Below are positions 58,085-64,000 of a DNA stretch of 64,000 nt, in pieces. The position numbers and the translations under genes were made by a program. Numbering within the stretch: position 1 is the stretch's first letter; the number at the start of each line of letters is the position of its first letter. The notes under the pieces are model-generated. The model was not told the DNA's origin. It saw nothing but the letters and a program-made list of their open reading frames with translations, and did not search any database. The DNA is from Mobula hypostoma (lineage: Eukaryota), in the NCBI RefSeq assembly GCF_963921235.1, contig NC_086097.1, positions 65,908,001-65,972,000 on the forward strand. The letters run 5' to 3'.

Positions 58085-61000
58085 TCCACCTCTGATTCCC
58101 CAATGAGGGCTGCTCATGGAACTCCAGTTTCCTCCTCAGTTCTTTGGTCTTGCTAACAGAGAGAGGTTGTTGTTATGGCACCACTCAGCCAGATTTTCAA
58201 TCTCCTTCCTATATGCTCATTCATCACCACCTTTGATTCAACAGTGGTGTTGTCAGCAAACTTAAATATTGCATTGGAATGCTGCTTAGCCACACAGGCT
58301 TAAGTGTAAAGTGAGCAGGACTAAGAACACAGCCTTGTGGTGCACCTGTGCTAATGGAGATTGAGGAAGAAATGTTGCCAATGCAAACCGAGTGGGGTCT
58401 GCAAATGAGAAAATTGAGAATCCAGTTGCATAAGAAGGTATTGAAGCCAATGTCTTGAAACTTATTAATTAGTTTCGAGGGGATGATAGTATTGAATGCC
58501 AAGCGGCAGGCAAAGAAGAGTGTCTTGATGTGATGTTCCAGTGAAGAGCAAATGAAATTACATCTGCTTATCATCTGTTGTGACGGTAGGCAAATTGGAA
58601 CCAATCCAAGTCACTTCTCAGGCAAGAGTTGATATGTTTCATCACCAACACCTTTCAAAGCACTTCATCACATGGATGTAAGTGCTATTGGACGATAGTC
58701 ATTGCGGCAGGTTACCACATCCTTCTTAGGCACCGGTATACAGTGATGCTAGAAAGTTTGTGAACCCTGTAGCATTTTCTCAATTTCTGCACAACTATGA
58801 CCTAAAATGTGATCAGATCTTCACGTAAGTCTTAAAGCTAGATAAAGAGAACCCAATTAGATAAATAACACAAAAAAACATTATACTTGGTCATCTATTT
58901 TTTGAGAAAAATGATCCAATATTACATGTATTTGTTGGAAAAAGTGTGTGAACCTTTGCTCTCAGTAATTGTTGTGACCCCCTTGTACAGCAATAACTTC
59001 AACCAAACATTTCTGTTAACTGTTGATCAGTCCTGCACATCGGCTTGGAGGAATTTTAAGCCATTCTTCCTTACAGAACTGCTTCAACTCTGGGATGTTG
59101 ATGGGCTTCCTTCGATGAACTGCTTGCGTCAAGTCCTTCCACAGTATTTCTATAGGATTACGGTCAGGACTTTGACTCGATCATTCTAAAACATAAACTT
59201 GCTTCTGTTGTTGATTCACTCTTGTCTTCCAGATCATTGTCTTGTATTATCCAACTTCTATTAAGCTTCAGTTGATGGACTGCTACCCTGACATTTTCCC
59301 GTAAAACATCTTGATACAATTTTGAATTCATTATTCCCTCAATGATTGCAAGCTCTTCAGGCTTAGTAAGTTCCAGAGATTTCTGCAGGTCTTTTGCTGT
59401 TACCCTTGGGTTCTTTTTCACCTCCTTCAGCATTGCACATTGTGTTCTTTGTGTGATCTTTGCAGCATGCCCACTCTTAGGGAGAATAGCAACAGTACTG
59501 AGTTTCTTCCATTTGTAGACAATTTCTTTTACTGTGGGCTGATAAACACTCAGGTCTTTAGAAATGCTGTTGTAGCCTTTTCCAGTTTCATGCATCCTTA
59601 CAATTCTTCTTCTATGGTCCTCTGAAAGTTGTTTTAATTGAGGCATGGTGCACATAAAGAGATCTTGCTGGAGAAGAGCAGGCTCTGTCAGTAACTTGTC
59701 ATTTTTATAGGACAGGGAGACTCTACTACCCACACCTCCAATCTCATCTCATTGATTAGAACACCTGACTCCAGATAGCTTTTGTAGAAGGTATTACCCC
59801 AGAGGTTCACATACTTTTTCCAACAAATGCACATAATATTGAATCATTTTTCTCAATAAACAAATAAACAAGTATAGTGTTTTTGTGTTATTTATTTAAC
59901 TTGGTTCTCTTTATCTAGTTTTTGGACTTGCATGAAAATCTTGCATATTTATGCAGAAATAGAGAAAATTCTATAGGGTTCATGAACTTTCAAGCACCAC
60001 TGTAATTGAAGCCTACTTGTAGCAAGTGGGTACCTCAGGCTGCCAAAGCAAGAAGTTAAAGATCTCAGTGCACACTCCAGCCAGTTGATCAGCACAGGCC
60101 TTTGGTACTTGTATCTCGTCTAGGCCGGGTGCTTTCCATGGGTTCACCCTCCTGAAGGATGCTCTCACGTGGGCCTCAGAGGCTGAAATCACAGGGTCTT
60201 CGAGGACTGTGGGAGGTCGTGAAGGTTCATCCATGTTTTGACAGTCAAAGCAAGCATACAAAGCATTGAATGTCACAACCACAGGTCTGTGCGCCCTTGT
60301 AGGCAAGCTACAGAATGGGTATGGCAATCAAGCTCATGCATATGCCAATTAGTGTTTCATTTCATTGTGGTGATATTTTATTACTTTCCTCTCATTTGTC
60401 TTGTTGAAACTTGACCAAAAGCAAACCAACGGCAACACTTCCTGCTTACTGTTGTCCTGGTTCCAGGAAAGAAGACTCCATTTAGTGTGATGCTCTTAAG
60501 GAGGGGTATTAATTTAGTATTAGGCTACTATTACTGAGCCACTGTATCAGTGTTAACTTTAGTTTGAAAGTACTACTTAACAGCCCTGTTGAACTAGTGT
60601 TACTGTTTTTCTTTTATTTCTGCATAGTTCCTATTAAAAGTCAGTGAACTGTTGATCGGCTTCAGTGAATCTGTCTCAGGATTTGGGCCATAACTGCACA
60701 TTTCTGTCACTGAGCTCATTTGAGAATGAAGCCTTGTTGTCACCTATATCACTTGGTTTCACTTTGTAAGAGGTAATAGCATTCAAGCCAAGCCACAGTT
60801 TTCTGGAGATCGTACCTGGACTTCTTGTACTTTACTTGGTCACCATACCTGAATGCCACTGATCTGGCCCTCAACAGATTGTGGATCTCATGGTGCATCT
60901 AGGACTTCTGGTTGGGGAAGACTCTGAATGATTTTGTGAGGACACACTCATCTATGACTGTTTTTATAAAGTCCATCACAACCATGGTGTATTCATTCAG

Positions 61001-62003
61001 ACCTGATGAGTCTTTGAATAAGACCCAGTCAATCAACTCAAAACAATCCTGTAGCCACCCGCCTGCCTTCCACGATCACCTCTTTGTTGACCTTATCACT
61101 AAAGCCTTGCTTTTTAGTCTCTATCTGTATGCAGGTAGGAAGAGGACAGCCAAATAATCAGATTTGAAATACGGTCTTGGCATGGAACAGTAAGCATCAT
61201 AATTGGGCAGATTTCTACAAATAAGCCTGAATGAAGCCCCCAACAATGATTTGAAAGGCGTCAGGGTAGGCTGTTTCGTGTTTGTGATGGCAGTACTTAG
61301 TACCTCGAGTGTCTGCATATTGTCAGCTTTTGGCAGTATGTAAACTGCAGTCAGGATCATGAAGGAGAACTTTTTTGATAAGGAGAATGGTCAACACTTA
61401 ATTATTAGATGTTCCACGTCGGGAGAACACAAGTGTAATAAGACCACTGCTTTGGAGCACCACAATCAGCTTATCATGAAACACAGATCCCACCTCGCCA
61501 AATCAGAAGCCCATTCTGTCCTGTGTATCAAGAAACCCTCTGGTCTTACCAAAGTATCCGGCTTGTCTGGAGTGAGCCATGTCTCTGTGGAACAGAGAAC
61601 ACAGCAGTTCTTCATTTCCCTCCGATACAGCAATCTTGCCCTTGGGTCCTCAATCTTGTTCTCCAGCAACTGTATATTTGCTAACAAGTTACTGGGTTGA
61701 GGAAGTTTCATACCACGGCATTTTAGCCTGGCTTGGAATCCTCCTCTTCTTCCTCTCTTCTGGCCATGGTGATGTACCTTTGTCCGCTTAAAAGTACCGT
61801 ACCTGCATGTTTGAGTGTTAAGTCTGCCAAGTCTTTCAGAAGATCGTGGAATTGCTAGTCTGTTAAGATGGTTCAAAAGTTCATTACTTAAAGAGAAATT
61901 ACAGGCTGCAGATTGCAGTGAGAGAAGTTCAGAAGAAGTATATTTAGAAATTTTAAAAGTTGCCCAGAACATGTTGCTGTGGTTCACCAGCACCATCTTA
62001 CAA
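58085..62003 (-). mobile_element. Rex1/Babar-type LINE, fragmented, including 5' end, EN and RT
   Basis: KRGRRGG..RL, LLANIQLLENK, VLCSTETWL, ILTAVYI, KAPGLD, ACADQLAGV.TEIFN, AFNTIIPSKL, STGAPQGCVLSP; 5' AAGATGGTGC; 60330-60780 unassigned. Confidence 0.8.
58741..60002 (-). mobile_element. Tc1-like DNA transposon, internally deleted, long TIRs
   Basis: TA|CAGTGATGCTAGAAAGTTTGTGAACCC ... GGGTTCATGAACTTTCAAGCACCACTG|TA; ~200-bp TIRs; KQLSED.RRRIV.MHETGKGY.SISK.L, KKNPRVTAKDLQ, IEGIMNS..Y, QDND remnants. Confidence 0.92.
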
Positions 62004-62007
62004 TGAT

Positions 62008-62816
62008 CAAAGGTTTCAAAGGTACATTTAATGTCAGGGATATGTGTACAATATACATCCTGAAATGATTTTCTTCACAACCATCCACGAAAACAGAGGA
62101 GTGCCCCCAAAGAATGAATGACAGTTAAATGTTAGAACCTCACAGCCTCCCCCCCCCAGCTCCTCCCTCCCACACATAAGCAGCAGCAAAGCAACAATCC
62201 CCCCTCTCTCACCAGGAAAAAAAAGCACCCAATACCAAGTACTCAAGCATACAGCAAAGCAACAGCAAAGGCACAGACTTGCAGTACCCCAAAGACTACT
62301 TGTTCACCCAGTATTCAACATACCACAGGCTCTCTCTCTCCTTAATAAGGGAGAGAGAGGTGTCTCCATTTTACAGCAAGAAAGGAGACATAGCAAACAA
62401 TTCACTGAATTATGATGTTAAAATTCCGTTGCGTTGCTTTTTCCGAGCTCTGTGCCCAAAGATCTCGGGTCTTTGGGCACACAGTCAGAGATCTTCCGTC
62501 TCCCACGACACACTAATTTCCTGCCGGGACACCGACCTTCGGTCCGCCCGTCTGCAGAGCCATGAAATCCGGGAACTCTGAAGATGAGCTAATCTCTTTG
62601 GCCGCATCATTGGTACATCGAATAATGACAAGTCGTGAAACCCCAAGAGCGGGTCCTATTCCCACAAAAAACCGAAGTCAGCATGTAACTCCAGGTCAGG
62701 GTCTTCAAAGGAATCCTGAAAGAGAAAAATAGAGATATTAAAGATGGAAATAGAGCTATTTCTGAAGATGCAAGCAAAGGAGTCTCTGTTAGGCACCATT
62801 GTCTCCTCCTAAGCTC
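62008..62816 (-). mobile_element. Probable non-coding non-LTR retroposon with (ACCTTTGAA)n-like tail
   Basis: Minus strand ends ATTAAATGTACCTTTGAAACCTTTGAT; CpG-containing body; no recognisable ORF. Confidence 0.5.
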
Positions 62817-62844
62817 TTACCTTGATCACTAATTCACCTTTGGG

Positions 62845-63685
62845 TCTGAATGAATATGCCACAACTGTCACTGATTTAATTCAGACCTGTGTGGATAAGT
62901 AGATGACTTTGAGAGCATACTGAGTGTTCCCAAACTGGAAAACTTGAATGAACCAGGAGCTACTCAGTCTGATGAGGCTAGATCTACAGTGCTCAAGACC
63001 AGTGATCCAAAACCCTATAAAAAGTCCAGGTATGACCTGCAGAAGATTAATTATAAAAGTGAAAATGCAATTCCTTACGAAGTTAGAAACACAATCAGAT
63101 GCACAACAGCTGTGGCAGGGTTTGCGTGCAATTACTTCCTGTAAGTCAAAACCTAACAGCATGAATGGCAGTGATGCTTCACTTCCCAATTAGCTCAATG
63201 CCTTTTATGCATGCTTTTAAAGGGAGAATAATACCACACCTGTGAGATAGGTTGGCTGGTTGAGTAGTGTCACAATAACAATCTCGCACTCAAAGTCAGC
63301 AAGACCAAGGAATTGATTGTGGACTTCAGGAAGGGGAAGCAGGAAGAACATACAGTACACTAGTCCTTATTGAGGGATCAGTAGTGGAAAGGGTAAGTAG
63401 CTTCAAGTTCTTCGGCACCAGCATCTCAGAGGATCTGTCCTGGGCCCAACATATTGGTGCAATGCCAGTGGCTGTGCTTCATGAGGAGTTTGAGGAGATT
63501 TAGAAGGTAACCTGACTGGTGGCAGACTATATGGTATGAAGGCCCCAGTGTACAGGATTGAAAGAAGCTCCAGAGGGTTGTACACTCAGCCAGTTCCATC
63601 TCTGACACAGCCCTCCCCACGATCAAGGACATATTCAAGAAGTGGTGACTTGGAAAGGTGGCATCCATCATTAAAGACCCTGTGT
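62845..63685 (+). mobile_element. Degraded Rex1/Babar-type fragments
   Basis: DAQQLWQGLRAITSCK, SKTKELIVDFRK remnants. Confidence 0.75.
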
Positions 63686-63739
63686 TATAGCTTTGTGAGT
63701 TTAGCAGCTTATTTTTAAGCATACCTTTGTTGCAATAAG

Positions 63740-64000
63740 TCAAAGTCAGCATGGTTTCTGTTAAGGGAAATCTTGCCTGAAAATCTGTTAGAGTTCTTCA
63801 AGGAAGTAACAAGCAGGGTGGACAAAGAAGGGGCAGTAGATGTCATATACTTGGATTTTCAGAAAGCGTTTGATAAGGTGCCATACATGAGGCTGCTTAA
63901 CAAGATAAAATCCTATAGCGTTACAGGAGAAATACAGGCGTGGATAACGGAATGGCTGACAGGCAGGAGGCAGCGAGTGGGAATAAAAGGGGCCTTTTCT
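63740..64000 (+). mobile_element. CR1 RT fragment running off the window
   Basis: SQHGFC..KSCL.NLLEFF, YLDFQKAFDKVPY, WLTGRRQRVGIKG. Confidence 0.85.

Overview
Eukaryotic vertebrate DNA. The repeat families point to a cartilaginous fish, probably a ray or skate (inference). No host protein-coding gene was recognised, so this is probably intronic or intergenic. Roughly two thirds is transposable-element derived: many CR1 and Rex1/Babar-type LINE fragments, three L1-clade LINEs (one with an uninterrupted 1262-aa ORF2), two Penelope-like families carrying minimal hammerhead ribozyme motifs, a tRNA/CORE-type SINE, a SCAN-domain Gypsy element, an internally deleted retrovirus-like provirus (LTRs, tRNA-Leu PBS, PPT, 5-bp TSD), two solo LTRs, Tigger/pogo MITEs and a Tc1 element. 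Highlights: (1) a ~555-bp non-coding RTE-type retroposon whose 5' end folds into a complete HDV-like ribozyme with an unusual hairpin inserted in L3 (9985-10165, minus); (2) a five-level nested insertion stack, three levels of it delimited by TSDs (28142-42100); (3) a retrovirus-like element with a composite 5' LTR; (4) a MITE that closely resembles mammalian MER2/Tigger3. Family names come from motif recognition and memory, not database searches. Boundaries of degraded elements are approximate.
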